Shown here: positions 1-9,835 of the stretch, piece after piece | Position numbering within the stretch: position 1 is the first letter of the stretch | Layout of the letters: the number at the start of each line of letters is the position of its first letter | Virus record (IMG/VR): IMGVR_UViG_3300044614_002617 | Span: 32,001-96,000 of that record | DNA length: 64,000 nucleotides | Origin: a virus | Strand: one strand, 5' to 3' | Notes under the pieces: model-generated | What the model was told of the DNA's origin: nothing | The model's input: only the letters and a program-made list of their open reading frames with translations | The model's database searches: none | Position numbers and translations under genes: made by a program

Positions 1-2
1 CC

Positions 3-2456
3 TTTGAGCGCCAAAATGCTATTTCCGCTGAGATGTTAGCGCGCTCAGCCGCCGATAGCGGACTGCAGAACAACATCGACGCAGTTGCAATGAGTCTTGC
101 TCAAGAGCTTCTAGATCGCACCTCTGGTGATGCAAGTGTATTGGCGTCTGCTCAGGCATATGCTGATCAAAAAATCTCTGACCTTGTTAATTCTGCTCCT
201 GCAGTTCTTAACACTCTCAAAGAACTTTCCGATGCACTTGGCGGCGATCAGAATTTTGCAGCTACTGTCGCCGGTCAAATCGGTGACGTTCAAGCTAATG
301 TTGATGCCGAAGAAGCAAGAGCGATTGCAGTTGAAGCTTCATTACAGGCTTCAGTAGCTATCCTTCAGGGTGCTCTTGATTCAGAAGTAATTGCACGAGC
401 TGCCGCTGATGATTTGATTCAAGCTTCTATCGCAACAGAAGCATCTAATCGTGCTCAGGAAGTCGCCGATGAGATGACCGCTCGTCAAGCAGCCGATGCC
501 GCTATCGCAGCAGACCTTGCCGATGAGGCGGCTCGCGCAACAAATGCGGAAGATGTTCTCGACGCTAAGATTGATCAGGAAATTTTTGACCGTTCAGAAG
601 CAATTACAAGTGAACAGCAATCTCGCCAAAGCGCAGACAATGCTTTGCAAAGCTCAATTACCCTAGAGGCTTCAAATCGTTCTGCGGAAGATGCTGTATT
701 AAATACAAAAATTGTTGATATTAACTTAAATCTTAATACACAGATTATTTCGCTATTTGAAAACAATGCCGCTGTATACGCCGATGCGCTTGCTGGCACT
801 CAAGACCCAAACAATCGAGATGGTTGGTATTTTAAAAATGCTACTCAAGGGCAGAAAATTAACTGGTATTTCTTTGACGGATCTAAAGAGAATATTTCTC
901 TTGGAGACTTTAGTGCATACGCGGTGGTAACTTTTGACTCAGTTGTTAGTAAGCCATTCTTGGCGGTTTATACAACTCCGACTGCATCCGGAAACGCAGC
1001 CAGCTGGTATAAATCAAGAGTAGTTTACGTTGCTGACAGTTCTGCTGTGGTTGGCGTTAAGTATCTCATGCACTTTGGTCAAGACCCTAAAGTTCACCCT
1101 GAGCTGCCTCGCCTATCTATGTCTCCATCATCTAGCTCAAATGGTACAAGAGACGCTTCTGAGCGCATATTGACAGCCGCACTTGGTTCAGATTCAGGAA
1201 CTTCTGCGAATAACTGTCAATTTGTTGCCGAGTCGGTCGGCGTTTATAGCCCTGCAATTAAACGTAAATCCAAGCTTGAGATTCGCAAGTCTTCTAGGAT
1301 TGACTTAAATGCTGAAATTACCAGCAGAACGGCTGGGGATGCTCAGGCTGTCCAGACAGCTAAAAGCTACACAGATGCTCAAATTGCAGCACTTAATTAC
1401 GTTTCATCTGTCAATGGTCTAGCTGGGGCAGTTAGCTTAGGGTCTGACCAAATTACTGAAGGTTCACAAAACCTTTACTTCACGGAAATGCGAGCAAAAA
1501 GCGCCGCCGTTGTTAATAATATGTCTGGTTCGCAATCGGACTTAGCTCCGTCCGTATCCGCAGTTAAAACTTATGCTGCCCAATACATGAAAAAAGGCTC
1601 TGCAATTTGGTGTTTGGCCGGCGGCGAATACCCAACTTTGCAAGCAGCTATTGATGCGGCTTCTCCCGGACAGGTGATTCTTCTTGGCGAAGGCACTTGG
1701 GGCGACGCAACACTTAAGGGGCGCGTTGATATTATTGGTTTAGGTGCTCCTAAAAATACTAATATCGTTGTTGGTAAACTTAGTTTTGCTCCAACGAGTG
1801 GTTCTGCTGTAGACAATCAAGTGTTTCTTTCAAATATGCTTATTAGCGCTAGTTCCACTGCTAGCGGCATATCACTTGGCGGTACGGCTCCGGTTCGTCT
1901 TAATTTAAATGGCTGTTATGTATATAGAGGTTCTGGCACGTCAACCTTAGTAAGCTTAGCAAATACAGACACAACCGCAACGACTGTAAGAATGGATGGG
2001 TGTGCTGTCATTTCCGGAGGAACGGACGGAACGCTTGTTACAAGCAGCGTTAGATACTTGAGAATCACGAGTTCGGAATTTTCAGGTGCCTCAAAAGCAT
2101 TTATTGTAAATGGTGGCCTTACCCAGATTGCTATTTCTAATATTGAAACAAACTCCGCTACGGAAATTATTCAAGTTACAGCAGGTGCAACATGTACGGT
2201 TAGTACATGCCTTGTTCGTAACCTAACAACAAACGGAAGCGGCGTTTCCGTTGCAACAAACGGCGTTTTTATTGCATCTACTCTTGCTATGTTTGATGTG
2301 GCAAGCGGGACAGGATACTGTGTAAGAGGTACGGGAACAATGATCTACGATATGATTTCTTTTAATCATATTGCTGTTTTGCAGCCAAGAAACATAAAAT
2401 TGCAAAACACTCTCAGCGTTGTTCAGCTGCCTTCTACACCCACCTTAGTGCCGTGA
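3..2456 (+). CDS. Virion fibre/tailspike-like protein, 5'-truncated: coiled-coil repeats, globular middle domain, C-terminal pectin-lyase-like beta-helix
   Basis: Frame is open from nt 3. E-x-x-x-R-x-x-x-D repeats and APAVLNTLKELSDAL motif shared with 41679 and 42609; EG.xNLYFT motif; YPTLQAAIDAA..GQVILL.EGT entry typical of beta-helix proteins. Confidence 0.7.
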   Translation, partial: FERQNAISAEMLARSAADSGLQNNIDAVAMSLAQELLDRTSGDASVLASAQAYADQKISDLVNSAPAVLNTLKELSDALGGDQNFAATVAGQIGDVQANVDAEEARAIAVEASLQASVAILQGALDSEVIARAAADDLIQASIATEASNRAQEVADEMTARQAADAAIAADLADEAARATNAEDVLDAKIDQEIFDRSEAITSEQQSRQSADNALQSSITLEASNRSAEDAVLNTKIVDINLNLNTQIISLFENNAAVYADALAGTQDPNNRDGWYFKNATQGQKINWYFFDGSKENISLGDFSAYAVVTFDSVVSKPFLAVYTTPTASGNAASWYKSRVVYVADSSAVVGVKYLMHFGQDPKVHPELPRLSMSPSSSSNGTRDASERILTAALGSDSGTSANNCQFVAESVGVYSPAIKRKSKLEIRKSSRIDLNAEITSRTAGDAQAVQTAKSYTDAQIAALNYVSSVNGLAGAVSLGSDQITEGSQNLYFTEMRAKSAAVVNNMSGSQSDLAPSVSAVKTYAAQYMKKGSAIWCLAGGEYPTLQAAIDAASPGQVILLGEGTWGDATLKGRVDIIGLGAPKNTNIVVGKLSFAPTSGSAVDNQVFLSNMLISASSTASGISLGGTAPVRLNLNGCYVYRGSGTSTLVSLANTDTTATTVRMDGCAVISGGTDGTLVTSSVRYLRITSSEFSGASKAFIVNGGLTQIAISNIETNSATEIIQVTAGATCTVSTCLVRNLTTNGSGVSVATNGVFIASTLAMFDVASGTGYCVRGTGTMIYDMISFNHIAVLQPRNIKLQNTLSVVQLPSTPTLVP

Positions 2457-2791
2457 TGATTGTTGGTCACCTAAAAGATGTTGTTAAGGGAAAAGCAAAG
2501 TTTTTCTCAAGACGCTCTTCTAGGTGGCCATCATTGCGTAAATCTTATCTGGAGACTCATAACTCATGTGCGGCTTGCGGCTGCACTGAGTTTTTAGAGG
2601 TACACCACATCGAACCTTTTCATGAGAACCCCGCCCTAGAGCTAGACGCAAACAATCTAATTACGTTATGCGACAAACCCGGTAAAGATAATTGTCATTT
2701 AGAAATAGGCCATCTTGGTAGTTTTAGAAACAAAAACCCCAACGTCCGAGAAGACGCAGCCAAAATTCTTCAAGAAAAAACTAAAGAATAG
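2453..2791 (+). CDS. HNH endonuclease
   Basis: CAAC...LEVHHIEP...NLITLC...CH motif. Confidence 0.85.
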   Translation: MMIVGHLKDVVKGKAKFFSRRSSRWPSLRKSYLETHNSCAACGCTEFLEVHHIEPFHENPALELDANNLITLCDKPGKDNCHLEIGHLGSFRNKNPNVREDAAKILQEKTKE

Positions 2792-2808
2792 TTTCTACAA
2801 TCCGATAA
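2782..2808 (+). promoter_or_regulatory. sigma28/FliA-type promoter
   Basis: TAAA-N15-TCCGATAA versus consensus TAAA-N15-GCCGATAA; about 20 nt upstream of an ATG with a G-rich RBS. Confidence 0.75.
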
Positions 2809-2827
2809 ATAATCATGGGGGTATCCT

Positions 2828-2932
2828 ATGAAATTTGTTTTGGGCGCAATCGGTGTGTTTTTTAGTTATTTCATAATTAAAATCACAATGTTCTGGATCG
2901 GATTGTGCGTGTGGATTTTAAATTTGCTGTAA
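2828..2932 (+). CDS. 34-aa hydrophobic membrane peptide (not in ORF track)
   Basis: MKFVLGAIGVFFSYFIIKITMFWIGLCVWILNLL; GGGGG RBS; directly after sigma28-type promoter. Confidence 0.6.
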   Translation: MKFVLGAIGVFFSYFIIKITMFWIGLCVWILNLL

Positions 2933-2967
2933 AATTAAGTTGGCTGCTCACCCAATAAAGGAAAGAA

Positions 2968-3288
2968 ATGAAAAATATTTACGTTTGCGCTCCGTGGCGT
3001 GACCCCAACTCTATCTTGCAGTTTAATCAAATCTGTAATAAAATCATTGAGATGGGTAATAATCCTGTATGTTGGGCTACGGCATATCACTCTCTTCTTG
3101 ACTTTTCCGATTACAAAAACAGAGACAAAGCCGTTGCCATGGGGCTAATGCTAATGCACGGATGTCACGAAATATGGGTTTTTGGAGCAAAAACGCCGAT
3201 AATGCTTCAGGAGCTAGAAGCCGCTGCCGAAAAAAACATTCAAATTATAGAATACTCTATTCTTGACTTTCTTTGCAGTTCAAGGTAA
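2968..3288 (+). CDS. DUF4406 / nucleoside deoxyribosyltransferase-like protein
   Basis: IYVCAPW...CHEIWVFG...M..E...A...I.I pattern. Confidence 0.55.
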   Translation: MKNIYVCAPWRDPNSILQFNQICNKIIEMGNNPVCWATAYHSLLDFSDYKNRDKAVAMGLMLMHGCHEIWVFGAKTPIMLQELEAAAEKNIQIIEYSILDFLCSSR

Positions 3289-3291
3289 AAT
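3263..3291 (+). promoter_or_regulatory. sigma70-type promoter
   Basis: TTGACT-N17-TAAAAT upstream of 3316 and the portal gene. Confidence 0.7.
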
Positions 3292-3315
3292 GTCAAAGAC
3301 TATAGGAGTTTTGGC

Positions 3316-4296
3316 ATGTCCTATCTATCCTTGACTTTAAATACAGCGGCTTCTTCGGTTGAAAATCCGCTCAAATCAACGACCGCCTCGACTATGAATT
3401 TTGAGGTCGGTGGCCTAAAGTTAGATATTGCTGAAGGGTTTTCTGTTTCTCTAGACCCCTACGAAGAAAGAGTAATTGCTTCTACTCGAAAATCATTGAG
3501 TTTAGACAGCACGACCCAGATTGAAATTATTCAACCGTACAACAGCTTAGATCAAGAATCTTTGTGGAGAGTCAGATGGATTGGAGGAACTAATCCAAAC
3601 TTTCGTGTTCGTCGTGCACTAACCGTTAATGATTTGACTACCGTAAGTGTAACTAGGCTAAACGATAATGTAACTCGCGTGCAATTTTCTGGCGCAATAG
3701 GCTCTAATGTTAAACTAAACGATATTCTTTTATTTGAAAAAGATAATGATATTGGACTGCAATCTCCGTTTAATGCAGTTAATACCGGAGTTCCATGTCG
3801 AATTGTAGGTATTAGTTCCAATTATTTAGATGTAGAAGATTTTGGAGTTTTGGTAAACGATCCAAATGTTTTGATGGGTTTTGATTATTTAGATATTTTA
3901 AAAGTTTTTTCTTCGTTTGGGGCGCAAACAACGGATACTTTAAATATCACGTCTACCGCTTTCAATTACGGAAACAGAGGCGCGTTTAAAATTGTTGCCG
4001 TCTCTGCCGATTATATTGACATCGAGGCACCGTCATTGGTGCCCGAAACGGTGACTAACATTACGGAAGGGTTTAGGATTTTTATTAATACTATTTATTA
4101 TATTGCACTAAAAGCAAAAGGCTCGTTTAAGTTAATGATTGACGAAAAAGAGCTTGACCTCTCTCCCTTAAATGATACAGCTATATTTGCAAGCTCTGTA
4201 ACTTGTTCAGAGATTATTGTTAAAAATCATTCAGACGGTATGCTTATGGTTGAAGGTTTGTGGTGTGCCTCTGGAATGAACGGAACTGCTTGTTAA
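3316..4296 (+). CDS. Hypothetical beta-rich virion protein
   Basis: 326-aa ORF, GGAG RBS, immediately upstream of portal. Confidence 0.5.
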   Translation: MSYLSLTLNTAASSVENPLKSTTASTMNFEVGGLKLDIAEGFSVSLDPYEERVIASTRKSLSLDSTTQIEIIQPYNSLDQESLWRVRWIGGTNPNFRVRRALTVNDLTTVSVTRLNDNVTRVQFSGAIGSNVKLNDILLFEKDNDIGLQSPFNAVNTGVPCRIVGISSNYLDVEDFGVLVNDPNVLMGFDYLDILKVFSSFGAQTTDTLNITSTAFNYGNRGAFKIVAVSADYIDIEAPSLVPETVTNITEGFRIFINTIYYIALKAKGSFKLMIDEKELDLSPLNDTAIFASSVTCSEIIVKNHSDGMLMVEGLWCASGMNGTAC

Positions 4297-4311
4297 TAAT
4301 AGGAAATTTCA

Positions 4312-6309
4312 ATGTCAGATGATAAGAAAATTACTATCAAAATAGCAGATGGCGTAAGTCCAGACGAAAATATTAACGTCAACTCTATTGACGACGTAAC
4401 TGGAATTATTAAGCAACGTCTTGGGCGCACAATGCTGTCTAAGTCCGATGTTCAAAAAATCAACGAAGAAGAGTTTAAGAAGCGCAAATACAAACAATCT
4501 AAAGTCAAGTTTGGTTCACGTTTTAATACTCGTATTGGCGTAGGCGACTCTCTTTCAAAAGAACCTAAGCGCCTCTCAGACGCTGAGCTCAAAGAACTTT
4601 CTCTTATCGACCCCTATATTGGGGCAATCATCAATACCCGCGTTGCCCAGATTTCCAGCTTCGGCGCTCGGTCTGAGTCTAAGTTTGACAAGGGTGTTCG
4701 CGTTATTGATTTAGAAGAAATTCGCCGCGAAGATTTTGATAACGAAGAAGCCTTCGAGCGTGAACTCAAGCTCCGCGAAGCAGAAAAGAAAGCTATTCTT
4801 GAGTGGGTATTAAAGTGCGGAACTTCTGACAAAAAAGTTCTTGACGAAATGTACGAGGCCGCCGATCCTACCTTTAAACACTGTTCGCTGAAAGATTACT
4901 TTCAGGCTCAAACTCGCGCCCTGTTGACATTTGGTCGCAGCGCTCGCCAGAACCTTTTGAACGCTGATGGGACTATCTGTGCCTTCAGGCCAACTCCGAT
5001 TGAGACTATTAAGCAAGTCAAGTTTGGTTCTAAGGTTCACGTAACGGCAGTCTCTGATATCGCGCAGCAGTCAGAGGCGGACGCCGCTGAATACAACAAG
5101 ATTCCTGTCAACGAAAAGCCCATTGCCTACGTTCAAGAGGTAGATGGCGTTCAGACTGGCTTTTTTACAGAAGAAGACCTGAAAGTTGTTTACTACCAAG
5201 TCCAGTCATTCCTCGACCTCAATGGTTATCCTATGGGGCCGATTGAGTTCGCTTTGTTTTTGGTTTATATCCATCAGCACACCCTCAGCTACCTTCGTAA
5301 TCAGTTTGTTAAAGGACAGCTCTCTAAGAGTATGATTGTGGTCAGGCCCACCGACCCATCAGTCAAAATCTCCGACGAAGATATTGAGTCTTTTAAAATG
5401 GAGATTCAAAACCTAGCGACAAGAACAGACAATAGTTCTGTTATTCCGGTTATTGGCGGCCCCGTTGAGCTTGAGCTCATCAAGACAACGGAAACTCCAA
5501 AAGACATGGAATGGATGCAAGTTGAACAGACTGTTATTCGTGCGTTATGCTCCGCTTTCCAAATCTCCCCTACAGAAGCTGGCTTTGGGCAGCTTGGCGA
5601 CACCGCAGGTATGGGTCAAGGCAGTCGTGACTACGAACTCGTTCAGGGTGAAGAGCGCGGCCTCAGGCTCCTTGTAGATATCTTAATGGAAGATGTCAAC
5701 GATGCTGTTTATCAAAACTTCCCAGAAGCTAAAAAACGCTACAGGGTTGCGGCGTTTGGTATTGGTAATGAAACACGCGAAGGTGTAATTCAGCGCCAAT
5801 CTCAAGAACTACAAACAACAGCGACTCTAAATTCGCTGTTCAGTGATTCTGACAAAAATCGTCAATTTGAGTTCGGCGGCGATGTTCCCTTAGCTCCTCT
5901 GTTTCATCAGAATGTGGCTCGATACATGACTTATGGAAAGTTTATGGAGGCGTATTTTGGAATGGAAGGTGCCTCTAAGCGTCCAGAGCTAGACTTTATT
6001 ATCGACCCTAGTCTTAACCAAGCTTATCAGCAACTTAAGATGGGTATGCAGCAGATGCAGGCTCAGCAGCAAGCGCTCGGGCTGGAAGGTCAAAAAATGC
6101 AGCTCGAGGCACAGCAAGCTCAGATGCAACAAGCGGCTCAGGGCGAGCAGCAAGCTCAACAGAGCCAACCACAGCCACAACCAGAAGAGCAGCAAAAGTC
6201 AGAAGACGTTGAGCTTCAAAAGGCATGGGAAGAATCCATGAAGGCTAATCACGAAAGTCTGTTAAAATCATGGCTTAGAGTTCATGACTCGAAGATTGAT
6301 GAAGAGTGA
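4312..6309 (+). CDS. Phage portal protein
   Basis: YPMGPIE, FVKG, KDMEW, ICSAF-like RALCSAFQISPTEAG, GLR.L pattern of HK97-family portals; Gln-rich C-terminal tail. Confidence 0.8.
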   Translation: MSDDKKITIKIADGVSPDENINVNSIDDVTGIIKQRLGRTMLSKSDVQKINEEEFKKRKYKQSKVKFGSRFNTRIGVGDSLSKEPKRLSDAELKELSLIDPYIGAIINTRVAQISSFGARSESKFDKGVRVIDLEEIRREDFDNEEAFERELKLREAEKKAILEWVLKCGTSDKKVLDEMYEAADPTFKHCSLKDYFQAQTRALLTFGRSARQNLLNADGTICAFRPTPIETIKQVKFGSKVHVTAVSDIAQQSEADAAEYNKIPVNEKPIAYVQEVDGVQTGFFTEEDLKVVYYQVQSFLDLNGYPMGPIEFALFLVYIHQHTLSYLRNQFVKGQLSKSMIVVRPTDPSVKISDEDIESFKMEIQNLATRTDNSSVIPVIGGPVELELIKTTETPKDMEWMQVEQTVIRALCSAFQISPTEAGFGQLGDTAGMGQGSRDYELVQGEERGLRLLVDILMEDVNDAVYQNFPEAKKRYRVAAFGIGNETREGVIQRQSQELQTTATLNSLFSDSDKNRQFEFGGDVPLAPLFHQNVARYMTYGKFMEAYFGMEGASKRPELDFIIDPSLNQAYQQLKMGMQQMQAQQQALGLEGQKMQLEAQQAQMQQAAQGEQQAQQSQPQPQPEEQQKSEDVELQKAWEESMKANHESLLKSWLRVHDSKIDEE

Positions 6310-6310
6310 T

Positions 6311-6338
6311 TAAAGTTTGTTTTTATGTGTTCCGATAG
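6311..6338 (+). promoter_or_regulatory. sigma28/FliA-type promoter
   Basis: TAAAGTTT...TCCGATAG, 16-nt spacer after TAAA; upstream of GGAGG and ATG 6359. Confidence 0.7.
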
Positions 6339-6358
6339 TTAATGTGGAGGTACCTGTT

Positions 6359-6661
6359 ATGGCAAATAAAGCTCAAGAGGCGCGTGAAGTGGCAGATAGT
6401 TTTAATCAACCAGAACAAAAAGCTAAGCGTATGGCTGAATTGGTTGGTCATATTGTAGATATTTTGATTGAAGATGCGTTGGCTGCCGCCAAGCGCGGGC
6501 TATACGATATGTCGTATAAGATGGAAGATATGGAAAAAGAACGTATCCGTATTGCTAACCTTCAAGAAGAAGAGGTTACTCGCGGCGTTATTGAAAAAAT
6601 GAATGAACTTGGCTTTCAGGCAGGTTTTGCTCGTCCATATATTAATGTTTCATGGAAATAA
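6359..6661 (+). CDS. Hypothetical protein
   Basis: Start reassigned to ATG 6359 (GGAGG RBS). Confidence 0.6.
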   Translation: MANKAQEAREVADSFNQPEQKAKRMAELVGHIVDILIEDALAAAKRGLYDMSYKMEDMEKERIRIANLQEEEVTRGVIEKMNELGFQAGFARPYINVSWK

Positions 6662-6888
6662 ATCAGTCTCTTGATCAGCTCATTGAGTTGGTCAAAAAAA
6701 TCCTATTAAAAAAGAAAACAAAAGTTATTGGAATTGAAGATTTAGGCAGATCTGCCCAAAAAGCAGATATAAAAGTTTTTCTTGACGAAGATAATGTTGC
6801 CGAGTTATGTTTTAGGCTGCGCGAAGAGAATATAATCGCTCGACCTCAAGGGAGGGGCATCTTTCGCCACATTAGAATTGTGGAGTAG
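6652..6888 (+). CDS. Hypothetical protein
   Basis: ORF overlapping the previous stop, operon context. Confidence 0.5.
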   Translation: MEINQSLDQLIELVKKILLKKKTKVIGIEDLGRSAQKADIKVFLDEDNVAELCFRLREENIIARPQGRGIFRHIRIVE

Positions 6889-6890
6889 TT

Positions 6891-7328
6891 ATGTCTGAAC
6901 ACGAAAAAATAGTAGAAACGCTGCTTGGTCGCAAAAGTAGATTGATTGCTGGTTCTAAGTCAGGCTATAGACGCCGTCATCCCAAAAACCTTATTTGCTT
7001 TAATGCGAATGTAGTCGTTGAGGGCTTGGGCAAGGTTTGGTATGGAGACTTGGACATTACCTTAGACGAGGCCTTGTTGGTTAGGCTGGCTCAGCTTCTT
7101 GAGAGAGAAGTTTATGTGCTCCAAGAGATGGACGGGCGGTTTGACAATGAAGAAGCACCTAAAGTTGAAAAGGCTGTATATAAGGTTGCCAAAATACCTT
7201 TTTTAAGCTGGCATGTGTACGAAGGTGAGATTCGCATTGAATATTATGAAAGAAGCAAGAAGAGCGGCGTTATTCAAGAAAAATCAAAAAAACAGATAGA
7301 CAAGATTATAGAAAGGCTTAAAGAGTAG
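6891..7328 (+). CDS. Hypothetical protein
   Basis: 145-aa ORF, GGAG RBS. Confidence 0.6.
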   Translation: MSEHEKIVETLLGRKSRLIAGSKSGYRRRHPKNLICFNANVVVEGLGKVWYGDLDITLDEALLVRLAQLLEREVYVLQEMDGRFDNEEAPKVEKAVYKVAKIPFLSWHVYEGEIRIEYYERSKKSGVIQEKSKKQIDKIIERLKE

Positions 7329-7382
7329 AGCGGAAAGCAGCTTTTGTTTAAATGAAAACATACTTTTCTTTATGGTGTTTAA

Positions 7383-7997
7383 GTGAAACCAAATCTTCCT
7401 ACAGTGACTCTTATTATTGCTGATTGCGTTGATTACGACAGAGCTAGATTGTCTTTTGAGCACTGTAGGGCGTTGTGTAATTTTGGGGACGCCAAGCTTC
7501 TAACTCACTTTGATACCCAAGATTCTAATGTAGTCAAAATCCCCCCAATCAAGTCTATTGAAGAATACTCTCACTTTATGATCAAAGACTTGGCCAACTA
7601 TTTTGACACTCAGCACGTCTTGGTGGCTCAATGGGATGGGTTTGTTTGGAAGCCAGAGCTGTGGGACAACAAGTTCCTGCAGTACGACTACATTGGCGCT
7701 CCATGGCCTGAGAGCGTTCTATTCAAGGGAGTTCCTAAGCATTTCAACGTCGGTAATGGTGGATTCTCTTTAAGAAGTAAAAGACTTCAAGATTTTTTAC
7801 GAGATGACGATAAGATTACTATGCACAGGGCAGAAGATGTAGCCATCTGTCAGCTCAATAGGGCATACTTGGAAGCCAAGGGGTTTACGTTTGCTCCGTT
7901 TGAGTTGGCCGAGAAGTTTAGTTGGGAATGTTTAGAAATGAGTCCAGCGTTTGGAGTTCATGCTAGGCTAAGGCTTGTTAATAGGAACAAAAGATGA
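7383..7997 (+). CDS. DUF5672-family glycosyltransferase-like protein
   Basis: QWDGFV...FLQYDYIGAPW...VGNGGFSLRS...EDV signature. Confidence 0.75.
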   Translation: MKPNLPTVTLIIADCVDYDRARLSFEHCRALCNFGDAKLLTHFDTQDSNVVKIPPIKSIEEYSHFMIKDLANYFDTQHVLVAQWDGFVWKPELWDNKFLQYDYIGAPWPESVLFKGVPKHFNVGNGGFSLRSKRLQDFLRDDDKITMHRAEDVAICQLNRAYLEAKGFTFAPFELAEKFSWECLEMSPAFGVHARLRLVNRNKR

Positions 7998-8239
7998 TCA
8001 GACTACTACTGTTACTACTATTGGTTGGTTGTGCAACTGCTCCAAAGCCAAAACAGCCAGACTTGTGTGCAACTGTTTATGACCCTCATCTTTGCCTTAT
8101 TACTATTGACAGCACGACATTTGCCGCCCATGGCAGTAATCGTTGTGTTGCTGTTAGAAAGTTAAAAAAAACACTCGAAGAAAGAAACCACAATCCACTA
8201 ATAGTAGAAAAAGCGGAATGCGGAAGAGTCCATGAATAA
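7994..8239 (+). CDS. Putative lipoprotein
   Basis: MIRLLLLLLLVG-C lipobox; Cys-rich mature part. Confidence 0.65.
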   Translation: MIRLLLLLLLVGCATAPKPKQPDLCATVYDPHLCLITIDSTTFAAHGSNRCVAVRKLKKTLEERNHNPLIVEKAECGRVHE

Positions 8240-8417
8240 TCTTTTGCAATTACAGAAAATTTATGATTTGGCAGTTGAGCTGTTCGGCGATAAAAAAACA
8301 GCAAATGAGTGGTTAAATACGCCAAATCATTTATTTTTTGATAAAACGCCGCTTGAGTATGCTCATAGTGTAAACGCTCAGAGTGTTATTGATACGTTGT
8401 TGGAAATGATGTTGTAA
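8232..8417 (+). CDS. Stand-alone Xre/MbcA/ParS antitoxin C-terminal domain (DUF2384-like)
   Basis: AVELFGD...A.EWLNTPN..F...TPLEY signature; no HTH domain and no adjacent RES toxin. Confidence 0.75.
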   Translation: MNNLLQLQKIYDLAVELFGDKKTANEWLNTPNHLFFDKTPLEYAHSVNAQSVIDTLLEMML

Positions 8418-8501
8418 GTGAAAATGATTTTATGTCTTGTTTATGTTTGAATCTGTGTATCGCAAAGCGACGGTAAACAAATGGGAGCCGGAGGACAAGC
8501 C

Positions 8502-8840
8502 ATGAAAGCCGTTTCAAAGTTTAGTTACATGACTATAGACGGTATCGGTTACTTCGAGCCAGAAGAAGCAATGACCTACGACGAGGCGCTGCAATGGGCA
8601 AAGATACGCGGCCTACGTCTTCTGACTCGTGGTGAGTGGTGTGATTTATGGGACCATAAGGAAGAGTTTAGAAAGAGTTGCCGAAATGCTGTTTATTGGA
8701 CGGCTTCGGTGTGTGCTAATAATGGTCTATATGTGTGGTTCTTTAATGGATTCAATGGGGACCTAGAATCCACCGGTCGTTATGGTTCTTATGTAGTTCG
8801 TGCAGTGCAAGAAGACGCAGAGGCTAATTATGGCTATTGA
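8502..8840 (+). CDS. DUF1566/Lcl C-type-lectin-fold protein
   Basis: MTYDEA..WA...RL.T..E...L...YWTAS...WFFN..NG...VRAV; start moved to 8502 (GGAGG RBS). Confidence 0.65.
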   Translation: MKAVSKFSYMTIDGIGYFEPEEAMTYDEALQWAKIRGLRLLTRGEWCDLWDHKEEFRKSCRNAVYWTASVCANNGLYVWFFNGFNGDLESTGRYGSYVVRAVQEDAEANYGY

Positions 8841-8931
8841 AGAACGCATTGAAGTCGCCTGCGACAATGCAGCTTGGTTTGTACACCAGTACCTCGTCCG
8901 ATATGGTTGTTAATTAGGGGGAGTATGGCAA

Positions 8932-9240
8932 ATGAGACGGTCGGAGATGATTGAGCACATTGCACAAGAACTGATTGATGTGGCTGTCGATGAAAGGTCA
9001 CGCAACACAGCGTACCATGGCTACTTCCAACGCAAAGCCGCAGACCTACTGGACATGATTGAGGGGTTTGGGATGCAGCCGCCGTCTGCAGTCTTCGTGA
9101 TAGATTGGGACAGATGGGACCCTGACAGAAAAGAATGGTATCCGAGCAAAGAAAGAATCCACTCGAACAAATGGGAAAACGAGTTATCCAAAGAATTAGG
9201 AGAACTGGTAGAGAAGGAGCCAGAAGATGAAACGAAGTGA
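8932..9240 (+). CDS. MxRS-GMxPP-WE family paralog 1
   Basis: MRRSE..., GMQPP, NKWE; paralogous to 9227 and 9836. Confidence 0.65.
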   Translation: MRRSEMIEHIAQELIDVAVDERSRNTAYHGYFQRKAADLLDMIEGFGMQPPSAVFVIDWDRWDPDRKEWYPSKERIHSNKWENELSKELGELVEKEPEDETK

Positions 9241-9451
9241 GCTAGTTAACAAAATAAGTGAATACTTAAAAGAAGCTGGTTATAGTGCTGACATATCAGA
9301 CTACAATACAGTTCACCGGATTGTTTTTTTGGCTGAAATGGAAGGAATGCTTCCTCCAGCAATCAAAGTGCCCACAACCGGACAAGAAGATGGCGAAGTT
9401 TTTGAGCTAAACCTGCTAGTTAATGAGTGGGAGCCGGAGGAAAAACAATGA
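9227..9451 (+). CDS. MxRS-GMxPP-WEPE family paralog 2
   Basis: MKRSE..., GMLPP, NEWEPE. Confidence 0.65.
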   Translation: MKRSELVNKISEYLKEAGYSADISDYNTVHRIVFLAEMEGMLPPAIKVPTTGQEDGEVFELNLLVNEWEPEEKQ

Positions 9452-9801
9452 ACAACCAACAAGCATTTAATAAGATGGTAAGACACCTGAGAAGACAGAA
9501 TAAACGTAGCTCTAACCAAGACGGCGGGATTTGTAGCTATCGTACTTACGATGGACTGAGGTGCGCGGTTGGTGCCCTGATTCCAAATCGCCTTTACGAT
9601 TCACATATTGAACATCAAACTATTGAATATGCAATGAAAACACATCCCCCTTTGGGTGAATATCTTGCAGGAGTCTCTCTTAACCTAATGAAGCACATGC
9701 AAGAAATACATGACGACGAGCCTGTGGGCAAATGGGAACAGTGCTTTGAGGAGGCTGCAAAAAAGTTCAACCTAACACTTCCGAAGAAAGCACAGAGCTA
9801 G
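9448..9801 (+). CDS. Hypothetical phage protein
   Basis: CSYR...G.RCAVGALIP and Q.IHD motifs; ATGA overlap at 9448. Confidence 0.6.
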   Translation: MNNQQAFNKMVRHLRRQNKRSSNQDGGICSYRTYDGLRCAVGALIPNRLYDSHIEHQTIEYAMKTHPPLGEYLAGVSLNLMKHMQEIHDDEPVGKWEQCFEEAAKKFNLTLPKKAQS

Positions 9802-9835
9802 CGGAAAGTGACAACAAACGAACGGGAGCCAGAAA

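Noticed and set aside
2453-2791. HNH as an intron- or intein-associated mobile element
   Set aside because: Free-standing short ORF; flanking genes are not interrupted
8690-8810. Complete DGR in this window
   Set aside because: No reverse transcriptase and no second copy of the putative variable region seen
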